A DNA stretch of 64,000 nucleotides from Halocafeteria seosinensis (taxonomy: Eukaryota). The notes under the pieces were generated by a model. The model had not been told where the DNA came from. It saw only the letters and a list, made by a program, of their open reading frames with translations, and ran no database searches. The stretch covers positions 248,001 through 312,000 of the forward strand of contig LVLI01000084.1 in NCBI GenBank assembly GCA_001687465.1, given 5' to 3'. Shown piece after piece: positions 62,276 to 64,000 of the stretch (positions are counted from its first letter, which is position 1; the number at the start of each line of letters is the position of its first letter). The translations under genes were made by a program, and so were the position numbers.

Positions 62276-64000
62276 ATGGCGGCTGAAAGTAAAGTGGATA
62301 AAACAGAGCTGGAGAAGCGTATTTTACGCTACCTCCACGATAATGGCTCGATAGATAATACAAGAGACCGCCTCTCTGAATTCGGTGTTCAGGACCATAC
62401 CGACATGGTAGGTTGCCTGAAGTCTTTGCACTCGGATGGATATGTGGAGCTGGAAGAAATCAAAAAGGAGGAGTATGTCTTGACGGATGAAGCCAAAGAG
62501 ATCGTGGAGCAAGGCTCTCCCGAATTTCACTTCTGCCAGCAACTTCCCAATGAGGGCATGCTCGTGAAGGAAGCCGCAAAGCAATTTTCTAAAGGCTTTG
62601 GGAAAGCGAAAAAGGCCCAGTGGGTGGCTATACAAAAAGATACGGTCGTGCCGAAAGTAAGACAAGACGCGTGGATTGTGGATGGAGGACGTTTGCAAAC
62701 GCATTGCGCCGAGTATATTGGATTTGCTGCAGGATGTGCCCAAAGAGGATGAACCACAAGTACTTTTGCAGCGCATTGTCAATGGAGACGAACCCGATGC
62801 CAAGACTATGAAAGATTTGCAAAAGAGGAAACTAGTTAAACTTGAGTAAGTGATTTCGGGTGTTTGGCTGAAATGCGTTTTACTTTGACTGTTTTGCATC
62901 CTCCCTCAGGAAAAGTACATCGTATAAGGTGAACAAAGGACCTAATTATGCTTTGGAACGAAAGCGCCAACCGGTAGATTTTACTCAAGATCTTCTCGAT
63001 AGGTAAGCGCACTGTTGATACTTTTCTGGGGATCATAGGTACAAGCATTGCGTCAAATAAGGATATGCAGCGGCGAATGGGCTAACCTGTCGTTCAAGCC
63101 ATACAATTTCAAGTCTCTTGGAGCTCCCGTGGGTGGAGGATGCTTGCATCCGCTATTGAAAGTCCGCACAGAATTCCGTCAAATTCTCTTAGAGATGGGA
63201 TTCTCCGAAATGCCTACGAATCGATGGGTTGAAAATAGTTTTTGGAATTTTGATGCACTCTTCCAACCTCAAAGTCATCCTGCTAGAGATATGCACGATA
63301 CTTTCTTTGTTAAAGATCCTGCTCAATCTACTAAGTTTCCTGAAGATTACTTAGAGCGTGTAAAAAAAATGCATGAGGAGGGTGGTCATGGCAGCATTGG
63401 CTACCGCTATGATTGGAAACGGGAAGAGGCTCAAAAGAACATTCTGAGAACTCATACTACCGCTGTTTCGGCGAGGATGCTATATGAGCTTGCTAATGTA
63501 GGTTATGCGCGTTCTTGGATTTGGCTATTTCATCATTTCAAACAGAAATTTCTTCCTTCTGTATTTCCAACAGAGCAAGGGTGGTTTTCAACCCACCCGA
63601 TACTTCAGCATCGACCGTGTTTTCAGGAATGAGACCCTAGACGCTACTCATTTGGCAGAGTTCCATCAAGTGGAAGGGCTAGTAGCAGACTACAACCTCA
63701 GCATGCGAGATTTGATCGGCACGATAGCGGAGTTCTTCCGTAGAATCGGTATTGACAAACTCAAGTTCAAGCCCGCATATAATCCGTGAGTTGGCATTCT
63801 CCAGTCAATTATCAACCCCTGTGATTTAGCCTTGATTTCCTTTCCCTGTCGCAGGTATACCGAGCCATCCATGGAAATTTTCGGTTATCATCCCGACTTA
63901 AAGAAATGGACAGAAATAGGAAACTCAGGTATTTTCCGCCCGGAAATGCTCGCGCCCATGGGCTTGCCGTCTAACGTTAGAGTCATTGCCTGGGGTCTTT
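62276..64000 (+). CDS. FARSA: Phenylalanine--tRNA ligase alpha subunit (cytosolic), truncated by the window end
   Basis: [98 protein letters not shown]. Confidence 0.97.

Overview
Gene-dense eukaryotic nuclear DNA, probably from a flagellated protist (GAS8/DRC4, KIF6, CEP350-like and NEK1-like genes; a stramenopile-like organism is a guess). It uses the standard code and has many short (~55-85 nt) GT-AG introns. About 22 protein-coding genes can be traced: NAC-alpha, a Rab5/22-like GTPase, an AlkB-type oxygenase, VDAC, a TEY MAP kinase, CEP350-like, a PHD/DDT chromatin protein, metaxin, NEK, EFCAB11-like, KIF6, a RING E3, Aquarius, proteasome alpha-4, DUF4795-like, TECR, DOT1-like, GAS8, CCDC47, a partial FARSA and two uncharacterised proteins. 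The most striking signal is intergenic. Convergent (3'-3') gaps are only 5-101 bp long. Nearly every longer, promoter-containing gap translates by hand into a stop- and frameshift-riddled fragment resembling the C-terminal part of an RLE-type (CRE-like) non-LTR retrotransposon ORF, with motifs WL..VP, LG.P, H...C, RH[DN], EP, (D)VT, P..E..G and LQRG. In each case the fragment lies head-to-head with the adjacent gene start. These matches were made by eye against a remembered consensus and need HMM confirmation. The few introns over 120 nt all carry stem structures; the 618-nt VDAC intron is extensively self-complementary. A GC-rich structured-RNA candidate lies at ~16.7 kb.
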